The position numbers and the translations under genes were made by a program. This document shows positions 41,596 through 54,490 of a stretch of DNA of 64,000 nucleotides, piece after piece. The notes below the pieces were generated by a model that was given only the letters and a program-made list of their open reading frames with translations, made no database searches and was not told where the DNA came from. The DNA is from Zancudomyces culisetae HAW-14-8 (taxonomy: Eukaryota > Fungi > Kickxellomycota), in assembly GCA_052426225.1 (NCBI GenBank), contig JBNJNM010000021.1:744001-808000 (forward strand), read 5' to 3'. The first letter of the stretch is position 1; every line of letters starts with the position of its first letter.

Positions 41596-42372
41596 CTTAA
41601 TTGCTATAAATGTCAAATTGTCTGTGCCAAAATGCCCCCCGCTTTGTGTTTTGTTCTTATGCTTTTAAATTTAGACTTAGTAATAGAATAAGATTGGAAA
41701 TTAAACTTTGGTGCGAACTTCCGTTCTAGAAAAGTAGTAAATATGAAAAAAAAAAAATTTTCGACTGTCCAGCCTTTGTGATGCACTAACTGGTATCTAG
41801 TACCAATTAAAAAGCCTTTTGTTCCTCCCATTACATTTTTACTTTGCTTTATTAGAGGTGCCTGAATTTTTATTTTTCACACAAAATAACTATGTCCAAT
41901 CGATAAGGGACATTAGCTTTTTGATTACTAATAAGGTTGTGTTTGAACTAGTAGTAGCTATAAACAACTTTGATTACTAATAACCCATTAATTCCCAGCT
42001 TCCACAGTTTCATTGGGTAACAATTTAATTAAAACCACCATGTTGACATATTGCCATTTATTTTTTATAGAAACCTTCTCTATCTTGTGAATCTCCTGCT
42101 ACCCCTAGCTGTAAAGGTTTATTTCAACAATAAGGACAGCTGATATGAAAGCTAATATCGCAATAGCTAATTTTATCACAAGTGCATAAAAAAACTTAGT
42201 TCTGTTGCATGAAACCAGTTTCTTTTGTTTGTTAATAAACAATAAGGCTGTATACCAGAAAATTTGTTGTTGTATAATGCTATAAGCATTTGACTTATCT
42301 CAATATAGCCTCCTTAAAATAGTGTGCTTTTTCACTTTGTGGTTGAATATTTATAGACAATTGATCTGTATG

Positions 42373-42409
<37 letters not shown>

Positions 42410-42411
42410 CA
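42373..42411. repeat. Compound (AC)n(AT)n microsatellite
   Basis: Read directly. Confidence 0.85.
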
Positions 42412-45400
42412 TTTTACATCCTTCGTTTTTAAATATGGTGTTTTTGAATTATGTCTTACCATAATGTGAGTCAATTAGATAGGCTCATACAAAGAAAAAA
42501 GTCTAAATAAGTGGCAACTAACTAAAAAAACTCCGTTTCCTTATTTGTGTACGTCGCACGTTTATAGTAGTAATGGCCGGTGTGGGCTAACCACTAGATA
42601 TGAGGCCTATTGGATGCAACAAAGGCAAGGGCCTAAACGGCGTGTTTAGTACCAAAACATTAAACACGTTTCAGTGTGGTTCGACCTGCTATACAAAATC
42701 ATATCGATAAATACTTGTCCCTTTTTTTTGCTTATGAATGGCTGGGCGACGTATATTATTTCAATATGTAATGTAAACAATGTAAACACTCGCCTTTAAA
42801 AGAGTTTTAAAAACATGTGCTATATAGATTAGGGATCTAAAATATGACATGAATACCACATACCACGAAATCTGATGTATTGTTGATAAAGGAAGAAACA
42901 TAATTTCTGTTTACCTGGTTTTGTGGTACTATATGTGAAAGTTAGATTATTGATATCTTTGTCAAACACAAAGGAACTGAGAAAAGGTGAGCTGGATTTC
43001 TCACCGGGCTCCCAAGTGAATTTGAAAACCAAATGTATCTTTTGTGTTATTCTGTTTTTACGTCTGTACCACTACATCAACCGGCTTCAGATATATTTAG
43101 CTTGTACTTTTAAAAAAACTTAAACCTTGGCATCTTAAGGCGCTTATATTTTGTGTAAACCAACATCACCATATTTCCTTCTAAAATCGAAATACGCCAC
43201 AGTAGCAGACAAACATATTGAATATAGTGTCAAACATGCTAGTTAAATAAGGAATCTCCACAATGAATATAGTCAAACAAAATTTATCAGCGCCTGTATA
43301 CCAAACTTGTGTCTATATAACCTGTGGTGTGTGGAGAAATAATGGGAAAATTCCCATGTGAAGTTATTTCTCTCAACAAAATTGATACCTTCATGTTGGA
43401 GCAAAATATACTTATTAGGCTTACCCTTTTGTATTAACGAATAGGCATACAAAAAACCGTATGCGTACATTTCACAGACAGGCAATCCTTTAAGTCCAAC
43501 AGAACTAGCTAGCGTGGTGTTCAGTGTGTTTAAATTGCAAGCTATTTTCTAAGAGAGTCTTTAAATAAAGCTGCTATTGAAGATGGGAGAAAATACCTAA
43601 ACATATTGCCAAAAAGATCTGATGAAGTTTAAGATAGGAGCTCAACGGTGTATTCTATTATAACACAAAGCATAGGTTTATTTTATTTTTTTTTGCAACT
43701 TGTGTAAATTAAAAGTAGTATTGCATGTAACTGGTTGAACTATGCATTTTCGAGTAAAATTCTACAAACCAATGGAACGCCACAAGCGTTTTACTATTTA
43801 TACAAGAGTGTTTCAGAAAAAAAAAATGGGAGAGGGAGTATGGATTCCAAGCTAAATGTAAGCGTTAATATCACTTCAAACTACACTCTCATTAGTAACA
43901 TTGCCTGAATAAGCATATTGAGTGATTAGAATATAAATTGAATCCATTTTATTCTTTGGGTTAGCGCTATGCTTTTTTTTGCAATGGTGTTCAAGTTATG
44001 ACCAAGCTGCCCATTCGTTGTATTGTCTTATCTTGCATCACATATAGTTTTTTGTTTTAATAGCACTTCTACATTGCTTATTATTTAGACACAAAAAATA
44101 AATAAATAAATAAATAGTAGCACCAACTACTCTAGGTCGTTTTATCACATTACTGTTTTAAATTTGTGGTTTTAAGAGAGATACCAGTGTTACATAAATG
44201 TCCAGCGACTCTTACCTAATTTAGATATTAACCTGTGTTTCCGTTATTAGTATAGACCAAGATTATGGCAAAAAAATACTTCAAGTTAGAGCCGTTTTGA
44301 TAATATACACTCGTAAGTTATACGTATTTACATCTCATAACCCGTAACAGACACACATAAATGTTATAAATTGTTGCAAGTAGTTATAATGTATACAGTT
44401 AATACAGGGATGCTCGTACATGGCCATTAACCATGAATTTAAAAGTATAAAAGGCAATATCAAGGCAGCAAAACAATACGTTTGACTAAATCCATTCGCG
44501 GCGTCGTGTGAACTTTGAGCAACCGCTAAAATATGCTATTTTTTCAAAAAGTCGTCAAATTCTTCAAGAAGCCAGCGCGATTTTCTTTTTAAATTTCCTG
44601 AATATACCATTTCCCATGGTTTAGATACTAGTAATGTGATTGGGATGTCTAGCTTTGTGCACTTAGCTTTCATTTTTTTCTTTCATTTTCACGATATTCA
44701 GCTAACTAGACGCAAACACACCTTTGCTAGCTCAAAATTATTGCGATTTCTGTTGCACAAATAATTTATATTTAAAAATATGGTAATAGACGACTAAAAA
44801 CTAACGTTATTCATTCGCCAATAAAATATGTGGTGATTAATTTCATTAAGGTGAAAAGGTTATTAAAATTATGAAGCCTGTAACAGCACTGTGATTAACG
44901 CTACAATATTTATTTGTGTTATCTTATTTTCTTATCAAGCTATGTTGAAAAAGTGTTCTTTGCCTCAAATATTTAGCAGACATACAGATTAATAGTGGGG
45001 GGCATGCTGTTACAGAACAACTCAAGTTGTCAATTTGCTAATTCTCACTCAGTCTCCATTTTTTTGTGCTTTTATTGTTCCAAAAATAGGCGGGATGTAG
45101 AAATATTTAATTTAAAAGTTATTTATCTCTCGCTACCAAAAGGGGCTTAATGGGTAGCAAGATGCCCAATTGGTTATCCATAAAAATAATTGATAATATT
45201 TTGCCGTATACGGTCGAACTTGGTTGAAGAAAGCGCGTGTTAATGTACATATAATATACACCATATGTGGTTACCCGCTTTCCTTATTATATAAGGTTAG
45301 CTATTAAAGTTGAGAAATGAAAGTTTTGCTGCTTTTTTTCGTTTGTTGGTGAGGCCGATATTGTTCAATTTATGATAGATAGATTCAAATTCAAGCAGCA

Positions 45401-45532
45401 AAAAGCACGTTTTTCACTAAAAATGTGAAATCGCAACGAATATCAAAAGATCTCAATCAATTTGTTTTTAATTACGATTTTCCCTTTTTTTTGAGCCAGA
45501 AAAGCATTTTAATGTAACTTTACATCGTATAA

Positions 45533-45728
45533 TTGGGATTGTGACTGGTACTGTGATTGAGATTGTGATTGGTATTAATCTTGGGATTGTACTTCAGATT
45601 ATACTTGGGATTGAGGTTGGGGTTGGGTTGAAGTTGGAATTGAAGTTGCGATTGAGGTTGCGATTGAAATTGTAAGCAAAGTCAGGATTGTTGTTGGGAT
45701 TGGTTTTGTGATTAGAAATTGCGATTGT
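45533..45728. repeat. Degenerate hexamer tandem repeat (GATTGN/GTTGNN)
   Basis: 6-bp periodic pattern, e.g. gattgagattgtgattgg...gttgcgattgaggttgcgattg. Confidence 0.6.
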
Positions 45729-46497
45729 ATATTAAAAAAAGCATACCTCAACACGTAATTCTCAACAATTTACAAAGTAAATTAATCTCTACATCAGAGC
45801 AAACATTTGTTTTATGCCTTTTTTAATTTGTCGCTTTTTGCAATTACTGTCCAAAAGTGATGTTTACAAAGCAGACATACTTGTGATAATATCAGGCGAT
45901 ATAAATCTCCATAGTTTTGGCCAAAGCAATCGCCTGAACTGGACAATTGAAAGTAGCCCCGAAAATATACCCAACTTGTAGTTCCCAAAAAATACACCAA
46001 TCAGCTCTTTTTCGGCTTCCGATACTTTTTTTTTCATGTGAAAAAAAAGCGAGGATTGCTCTAAATTACTAACAGCTCAATTTGATTTTCACGAAGACGT
46101 AGTAAATTTCTGGAATTGAATTTACCACAAACTAAATTATTGGTGATTTTACAATGTTTTCATCTAAAACAGATGAAATGAACAAATTCCTGATTAGGAT
46201 TTATTTAATATTATAACAATTTACAAAATTGCTAAATCTATCATTTGCTGTTATAAAACTAAAATACGATGTCTAAGCTCTAACCAAAAATCGTTCAAAC
46301 AGGATTTTAATTTATTTTTTAATTTAGCAGCAAACCTTAAAATAACCAACTTTTGAATCACATTACAAAACATGCAGTAAAAAAAAAAATTGTACCAGAG
46401 TTGGCAGAAACCGTAATATAATTAACCAAAATTGATTTTTGTTTTACAGATAGTTCTGCCTACTCCATTTCCAAGTCCTTAATAATCAAATTCAACA

Positions 46498-47121
46498 ATG
46501 AAAAGATTCAAAATAGAAATTGCTCAACACATAACAAGAGACCCCGAGCTGAAGAAAGGTGTGAGATGTAGGTACTGCAATCATAACATTTCGAGTCACC
46601 ATTCGGACAGGTGGAGAAGCCATTTGGCAAATTGCGTTCTGGCGCCAATAGAAGTAAAAAACAGGATGAAAAACATAAAAACTTTTAGAAACAAAAGGAA
46701 TAATATAAAGGACGAGAAGTTTGGTATTGAAAGCACTAAACTCAACTATGTACTCGATACTAGCCCAGAGGTTCATAGGAGTAGATTGGTGATTCCGAAA
46801 ATTTCTTCACTGATTACAACAGATTTCGAAAAAGAACATGTAAGAGAAAATACCAAGTCGGTAAAGGTTATCGTTAATGTCGAACGTCAGAACTATGAAT
46901 CCGTGACCGATTCAGATCTATGCAAACTCCTGGACTATAGAATAGCAAAGTTTTTTCACAATAATGGTCTTTCTAGTGATATGATAGATGATCCATCTTT
47001 TACCTCGTTTATATCCCTGCTCAGACCTTCATACAGGCCGCCATCGACGGAGAAAATTGCAACTTTACGAAATTTAATCGGTATGGGTGGATTAACTGAA
47101 GAGGAAATGTTAGAAGACTAA
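46498..47121 (+). CDS. BED zinc-finger protein derived from the N-terminus of a hAT transposase
   Basis: VRCRYC-x-RWRSHLANC BED-type finger, then IAKFFHNNGLSSDMIDDPSFTSFISLLRPSYRPPS (hAT DNA-binding/dimerisation segment). The protein stops before any DDE catalytic domain. Confidence 0.75.
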   Translation: MKRFKIEIAQHITRDPELKKGVRCRYCNHNISSHHSDRWRSHLANCVLAPIEVKNRMKNIKTFRNKRNNIKDEKFGIESTKLNYVLDTSPEVHRSRLVIPKISSLITTDFEKEHVRENTKSVKVIVNVERQNYESVTDSDLCKLLDYRIAKFFHNNGLSSDMIDDPSFTSFISLLRPSYRPPSTEKIATLRNLIGMGGLTEEEMLED

Positions 47122-47486
47122 AGCATTTTTATACTTGAAACGCTTGTGTATTTAATGAAAATATGCATTATTCACATAGAAAGGTGAAAAATAGCACTTT
47201 AATGTATTACATGAAGAGCCTTGAGCTATCTATCTATTTATTCAAACACATTTTTAAATATATATTAACTTTTCTACGAAGCTTAGTTTATAGAATAAGT
47301 AAAGTATTAGTCACCAGTAGGTGCCACCAGGAGACTTTTGATACACATACACATATATGCATGTAGACGTATAATTTACAGTTTGAAGATATAACATAAA
47401 TATGTTGGATCATCCATCACCACACGACATCACGACATACTATACTACAGCACATTGCTTTACATCACCTCAGTCCAATTTCATTA

Positions 47487-48256
47487 TTATCTCCTCGATT
47501 TGTATTGAACAGCGTGATTTGCTTTTATGGCGTCAGCTTTATCAAAAATCTTTTTGATCCCTATTAAAAAATGAATTTGCAGTGCGTAAAGTTTGAGCAT
47601 GCATTTGAAAAAAAGAAGTCTTACTGTTATCAGCTAAAGAAGTTGGGAACTTTGTGTAAAAGTTGAGAATACTGTTTTATCTTTGTTTTTGTTGTGCTCT
47701 TACCACTGATTTGATAACACCAACTAATGTCACCAGTTTTCCTTTTGGTTGTTGTTAATGTTGACTTAAATTCGAGCTAATATTGGGCTTGAGCTCGGTT
47801 TCAAACTTCAGTCCATAATTTGCACAATTATCTGCAATTCGTAATCGCAAACCAATTTTACAGCCAAAGTATCGAACCAAGTGTTTGTCACCTGCTTGAG
47901 TTAGTAACGCCCTTTTAAAAATTTATATGCAGTTGACTAATAGACTTACTATTTTTTACTGCGTTTCTCAAGTTTTCAAAAAAAAAATCGCGAAAATACA
48001 TAGGAAAGTGATGTGTTTTGTACCGTAAATTGTGCTCATAGCCGTTGAATATGATCTGTACTTACAGATGATTTTCACAAGGATGAATCACGGCTGCAAA
48101 GGCATGAAGACATAAACTATTAAGAGCAGTTTTGTAAATATATTAGATACTCGACCAATATTCAAAAGGATCGTTCATCAATCCAATCGTGACTGCCATA
48201 TACCCACTTACTTCCTTTTTGTTGCATAATTAGTTTCGCAAAAATCAGTAAAAATT
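47487..48256 (-). CDS. Putative small micro-exon-rich gene (coiled-coil, possibly Snapin/BLOC-1-like); 5' end and internal joins unresolved
   Basis: Series of strong GTAAGT/GTAAGA donors and YAG acceptors. The last three exons, including a 9-nt exon at 47625-47633, give the open frame LEFKSTLTTTKRKTGDISWCYQISADNRIKKIFDKADAIKANHAVQYKSRR*. Confidence 0.4.
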
Positions 48257-48739
48257 CTATGTTAGTTGCTGTTGTGAGTAAATATGTTAATGTAGTATAT
48301 CAATGTATAAATAATATAGAGTATGTGAACTCTAAAGTGTCGACACACCAAGCTAATATATATATGTGTGTTTCTATGGTTGTTAAACACTTTTTAAACA
48401 TGTTAAAGGTGCAACGCTTGCATATTCATAGTAGAGACCTCTAGTTATATTCTATAGTCTTAGTTTGTAGATAATTACACGAGTTTGCTATTTATTAAAC
48501 CTATCAACTTGAATCCAAAATTTACCAGAATTGGTTTTAATAGCTACATTTTTAACATCACTTATTCTCCCACAAAAAAAAATTAAAGAAAAGTGGTGTA
48601 TTTATTTGCAAGCTTTATACTCAATGCAAGAAATAAAAAATTAGCTCTCGTAAAAGTGGCAAAGTACAAGAATAAATAAAGTTCTATACAAAATACACAC
48701 AAAAATTACATTTGCAGTAAGCTCTGTAAAAAAAAAAGA

Positions 48740-49431
48740 ATGTCAGAAATGTACAAGATAAAGCGACCTCGACTCTGCGGTGATTACATGGCGCAGTATG
48801 GTAAGTAGAATTCGTTTTCTGCCACCACGGCTTATTGGCTTTAGCCTTAAGCCACAGGAACAATATGTATTACTATATGTACTTTCATTTATTTTTTCTC
48901 CTAGGCGTATCTTGATAATTTCAGTAAGAGCTGACGGTTTGACATTGAATTAATTGGATAAAAAACATAGAAAAAAGAGAAAAGAACCTATGGAGCGGAG
49001 AGTATGGTGTAGATGTAAATGAGGTACTAAAACCCCTTGACAGTGTCAAAGATGTCCGTGAGAAAGAAAAAATATTAAAAGTTTTAGACGATAATACTCT
49101 GGAGCTCAGCAGCTACGAGCTGATGAAGACTATAGAGCAAGAACAGAAGAAAACTTTGCATCTCAGAAGATTAATGAAAATATTTTTACAAGATGATATT
49201 GAATTCGCCGATACAGAGCTTGTTGATAAAAACGACACAAGAGAAGTTGAAACACTACAATCTGTACTAGAAAAGCTTCAGGAAGTCATATCAAGCAGCG
49301 ATGAGTATATATCTAGACTGACTAATATGAGAGATAAAATTGTTCGAGTGAACAATCAGAGGCCTAGGCATAAGTCATCACTATTAAAGTTCATCCGAAC
49401 CAAGGACAAAAAAAGATCAAAAAAGTCTTAG
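48740..49431 (+). CDS. Rxt2-like (Rpd3L/Clr6 complex subunit-like) protein, 2 exons
   Basis: Exon 48740-48800 joins exon 48971-49431 in frame. VDVNEVLKPLDSVKDV...LELSSYELMKTIEQEQ...LRRLMKIFLQDD resembles RXT2_N, followed by a C-terminal coiled coil. Confidence 0.6.
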
Positions 49432-50201
49432 GGTAAATTTACATGATCTGACTCACTATTTTGTAGCATGATGATACCTAATTTTGACACCATTATAGTT
49501 TCAATATTGCGATTTTTTGTACTAACACCTATTTACCACAGCACTTATTGTGTAAATACTACTAAAGCGGAGTCTTTTTCTAATTGATACAGTTACGCTG
49601 GTGGTTTTTACAGCAATAAACCACTTACCACGCTTATTTTTGATTGACCAATTATTCATATATACTGATATACGTCGAGTTTTGTATTTATGTTTTAACA
49701 GTGATTGAGTAAAAAAAAGGCAATAAAATGATGTTGGTGCCTGTTTATCCCCAGAACTGTAGCTAATTGTGTACATGACAAAAGTTGCGACTCGTTATTA
49801 GGTTAAAATTGGTATCACTAGTAACATATTAATGATAGGCTCATACTGAGGCCTACATCCAAACTCAAATGCCATCAAAAGCTTCAAATAAATTAACGGC
49901 ACAACTTTACTCCAGTTCACCTAGGAAGTTTTGTGTTGAAAGATTATTCGATATTGTATAATAAAAGTTTAATGAGTATACTAGTAACTACTGTATTTGA
50001 ATATCCTACATATAATAAATATATATATAGAACAAATGGTAAATCACCCACAGATATACGCAGTGAGACTATTTAAAAAATACCAGCATAAACCTATGGT
50101 GCGCCTTCAAGATAAAAAAAAATCTATAAAACTTCAGATACTTGGTGGGGTGAAAAAAATCAGCCTAGTTCGCCATACTGCTAATGAGAAGAAAGTAAGA
50201 A

Positions 50202-51526
50202 TCACCACTCAAAGTCACCAGTGGCCTTATGAAATAGATAATTTTTGTTATTTACAAGCATAATACCATCTTTGAGTACACACTTCCATCTATTCTTACT
50301 CTTGGTAACCTTGTCATATTGGCATAAAATCATCCGAGATAAATACTCTGTCCCATCCTCGACCTCTTCTTCACTGTCATCCAAATCCGAATTCAAGGCG
50401 TTATCAAAGTCATTTTCGTTCTCGTCATTCTGGGCATGGTTTTCAGAAGTATCACCATCAGTCTGTTCGATATTATCCACATTAGTTTTACATTGTTTCA
50501 TCTCTTCAATTGCTCTTGTTTTCCTCTTCTCAACAAAATCTTGCCACATTTGAATCCCTTCAATATCGTTTGCACCATCATTCTGATCAAAGTACGACGC
50601 TGTATCGCGCATATTGCTCTCTTCCTTTATTTTGAAGCCCGAATTGTTATGTCTATCCAAAAATGCCGGGTCTCTCTTTGGATTCCCAGTTTGCGGGGCC
50701 ACCCTGGGTGATCTATTATCACCGCCTAGGATTGAATTAGTGGCTCCAAACTGTTTTCGCTGCATGTCCGATATATATGCTGGGGGTCTTCCTGAAGCAT
50801 CTTCCTCATTACCTGAATCTTCATTGCTATAGTTTTCATTGTCATAGTCATTCTCGTCTAAATCTACCGATCTTCGACTTGTTTGAGCCATGGTTGCAAG
50901 TGTTGCTGCTGAGGTAATATTTTTTGCTATAGGTGTATTGATTATCGAAGAAAGAGATGCTGCGCTTGTTCCGGAATATTTATTGTTTGGTAGAGCCTCG
51001 AAATTCCTGCTCATCAGAGTTTCATTCTCCAGATCATCTGTGCTGTCCTCCAAAAGGTTTTCGTCAAATTCTGGTATATTTTTTCCAACAAATCCTTTCC
51101 GCATCTTTCGTTCCATTTTTTCTTCCTTAACTGTATCCACATTTTCCGAAAAGTATTCATCATCTGAGCCTTCATTCGAAAAATTAGCCACTTTTGATTC
51201 GATTATCTTCTTTTCCCATGACTAGATGAATGTAATAATTAAAAATGGGTTAGAACTGCTGTTAAAAAGTCTAAATATATACATTTCTAGTACTTTACAG
51301 TCATTTCTTACTCTTTGAAGTTCTTGAAGGACATTTAAATCTATCCCATTCTCCTCAAAATCACGTTGCACATTTTTAATCACATCTTCTATGACGTGTT
51401 GATAGACGCTCCCCTATAATTTAAAATATTAATAAAACTGTTTTCGTACGTTTCCTACACATTATTTAGCCTACAGTAAAGGATTGCAAAAATAAAAATA
51501 AAACTTACTACTATTGAATTAGACAT
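50202..51526 (-). CDS. TOA1: Transcription factor IIA large (alpha/beta) subunit, 3 exons
   Basis: MSNSIV|GSVYQHVIEDVIKNVQRDFEENGIDLNVLQELQR|SWEKKI..., with C-terminal LNSDLDD...ILCQYDKVTKSKNRWKCVLKDGIM...FHKATGDFEW. Confidence 0.95.
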
Positions 51527-52631
51527 TTTTTTCATGTAGCTAGAGTTCAAATCTTTTGCTTTTCTCTTTTTGTGTTATTTATAATAGTTACACCAGTTAG
51601 TTATCTTGTATCCTTTGATGTTTATTTTTTTGTTATCCAATATTTTAATCGTTTTCCGAAGATTATATTTCAAAAATTCAATTCAATTCATTTATTAATT
51701 TATTTTCCAAGCCACTAGTATTTTCCTCTACTCCGATATCTAGTATAAGAAGCACTGAAAATAAAACAAAAACCACTATTTGCCTATTTAATCTTGTACA
51801 AATGTTAACAATAAAATTTATCTGGTGTTGTTTGAAGTAGTGACAAATATCCTAATATTGCTAGCTTTTGAATGCTATATAAAATTGTAAATTTTTTGTG
51901 ATGGCAAATAAAATATTGCAGTCAGTGTGGGTACTTCATTTAGAAATTTGCGCTTTCTGTTTTTTTTTTCCTATACTACATCCATGGTACCAGACTACCC
52001 CCCCTTCCAAACTTTTGTTGGCTCTTTCATCCAAAAAAAAGAAACAGCTAATAATTGTGCTTATAAATTTTGTTTTGCAAAACCACCAATCATTTATGCT
52101 CGTAATTACACTAATGAAGTATTAAGTAGCTGGTACAGGTGTAGTAAGAATTAGGACCGTTTTTTATATACAATTATAAATTACTCATTCTTTTCCTGGG
52201 ACTATCAACAACTATTAAGAAACGGTAGCATATTTATACACAATTTCGTGTACAATAGCTTTTACTATCAGTTGGTGGTGGTGATCTCACCTGAACAATA
52301 ATTGTGAAAGAATAAGAGATGGGAGAAAATATACAGTCCCGTATCTAGTATACACCCCCTCCGCTCTCACACCTCTTTCTTTCTTTTGGAGTGGTATATA
52401 TCCATTGTGTAGCCCCCATTACCAGTTTTATAAGCCATGCATCAAATTAAACCATTTAGAGTTTATTAGATGTGTACCTTCCTAGGCAAAATAAATGGTG
52501 CCGACAGTTTACAACTGCGCTTGGTTTTAAAATTTCGTCCTTGTGTGCTTATTTCGATATTTGTCTTTAAAATCTGCCAATCTGGTTTTAATTTTTGGCC
52601 CTAATTGGTTCCCCTTGTTCTCCGTTTAGAA

Positions 52632-52668
52632 TAGCCCTAGGGCTACAAAAAAAAATAAAATTACGTCA
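52632..52668. promoter_or_regulatory. 14-bp perfect palindrome plus CRE-like site upstream of the proteasome gene
   Basis: TAGCCCTAGGGCTA (52632-52645) and TTACGTCA (52661-52668), 120-160 bp before the ATG at 52791. Confidence 0.3.
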
Positions 52669-52790
52669 TAAAACTAGGCCAAAAAAAAACATCGCGGATT
52701 AAAGAATAAACAAAAGAGTTGTAATTATACAAAACAATACATAGCACTGATTGTTGGGCTCAATCGAAAAATAAAATAAAGAAAAGAGAA

Positions 52791-53957
52791 ATGTTCGAAT
52801 CACTTGCAGAAAGCCACGGTGCTGTTCAGAACGCTGGATGGGAGCCATATGTAGATAATGGAGGGTAAAATTCATATTCTATTGATTTTTTTGTGAAATA
52901 CCTTCTGTACTATTTATTGAGAAAGCGGAGGCCCAAATCGAGATTTTGTTACTTTAGTTATTAAAAAAAAACTACACGAATGTAAATAGGACCTCATTGG
53001 CAATAGCTGGCGAAGACTTTTGCATAATCGCGTCGGATACCAGACAAAGCGAAGGATACAGCATCAACACCCGCTTTGATCCAAAAATCCACAAATTGTA
53101 ACTCCTTATACCATATTCTTTCTTTGCTACATGATATACATTGGCTAGAGATGGGTATTTATAACTATTTATAGAACGAGTAAAATTATGCTAGCGGTTA
53201 CAGGATATTCGGCAGATGGAAAAAGGCTCGCTGAAAACGCAAAAATCCAGATCGAGGTAATAACTTTTTATTTTATATCTCCTTTTCCTTCGCATCCCTC
53301 TTTTTTTTCTAAAGGTGTAATGAAGGTATAGATTTACATTGTGGGAAATATACTATTTTAAACACAGCTAAACGAATGTATAATATTTAAGCGTAAACCT
53401 TTGAATTAAAATATAGAAATATTGGAGTAAACATGAAAGGGAAATCAGCGCACCCGCCATAGCGCAGATGCTATCAATAATGTTATATCAAAAGAGGTTC
53501 TTCCCCTATTACGTTTTCCCCATAGTCGCAGGTATAGATGAAAAAGGTAAGACAAGGCTCACCAATTCACTTTAGAAATATTTTACTTAACAAGATGTGC
53601 TTTGCATGCAAAGTTCTAGAAAGGTGCAAATAAAAACAAAACCTTTGAAAAAAAAAACTAGGAATAGGCTGTGTATATTCATACGATCCTGTTGGTAATA
53701 TGGAGCGTGTAAAATTCCAGGTGTATGGCTCAGCCTCCGGACTTATTCAACCATTTTTGGACAACCAAGTTGGATTCAAAAATCTCAACAATGTGGATAA
53801 AGACAGAAAGCTTACGAGACAAGAGGCTATGGATATAGCTATTGATGCGTTCACAAGTGCTACAGAGCGGGATATATACACTGGAGATTATTTAGAGGTA
53901 TATGTTGTTGATGCCAATGGGGTGAGTCGCGAATTGAGAAAACTCAAATTTGATTAA
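52791..53957 (+). CDS. PRE7: 20S proteasome subunit beta-6 (PSMB1/Pre7), 5 exons
   Basis: WEPYVDNGG|[28 protein letters not shown]...[17 protein letters not shown]...YSYDPVG...[14 protein letters not shown]...[15 protein letters not shown]. Confidence 0.95.
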
Positions 53958-54490
53958 ATCAAGTGGTGATGCACTCATTTTTAGCCTGGGGCTTAGTGTT
54001 TTTTTTTTTTTGGATGCATGTGGGCACCATTATAAAACTTGTATTCGGATTTATATAATTAAAATTTTATTTCTACTTTACATTTTCCGATTCATAAATA
54101 CATAGTTTGATAAAACAAACAAGACAAGAGGTAAACTGGGTGTTTCGTGTTTGATCTAAGTAAAGCACTGGGATCTCTACCAAAGCTATAAAAGTTGCTC
54201 AAAGTATCATGAAGCAATGAATTCACATTCTCGAGGGGTACTAGGCGGCGACAGGCAGAAACAATATTACAACTTGGTCTTTTAGATTTCCACGCACATA
54301 TGTTATGCAATAAGGCTATAGTGATAGTTGTACTGTCTAATCGAGACAAGAAAATGCCAGGTGGGAGGGTATAGCTACAGATAATAGCTTGTAGCTAAAA
54401 TATTCAAATGAAAATCATGTAAATGTATTGATATTGCAAACATACCAAGACCTTGTGCGTATAAATTGCACGAATGCTTAGATGGCGGTT

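Noticed and set aside
42570-42690. tRNA suggested by GGTTCGA
   Set aside because: No cloverleaf, acceptor stem or D-arm at the right spacing.
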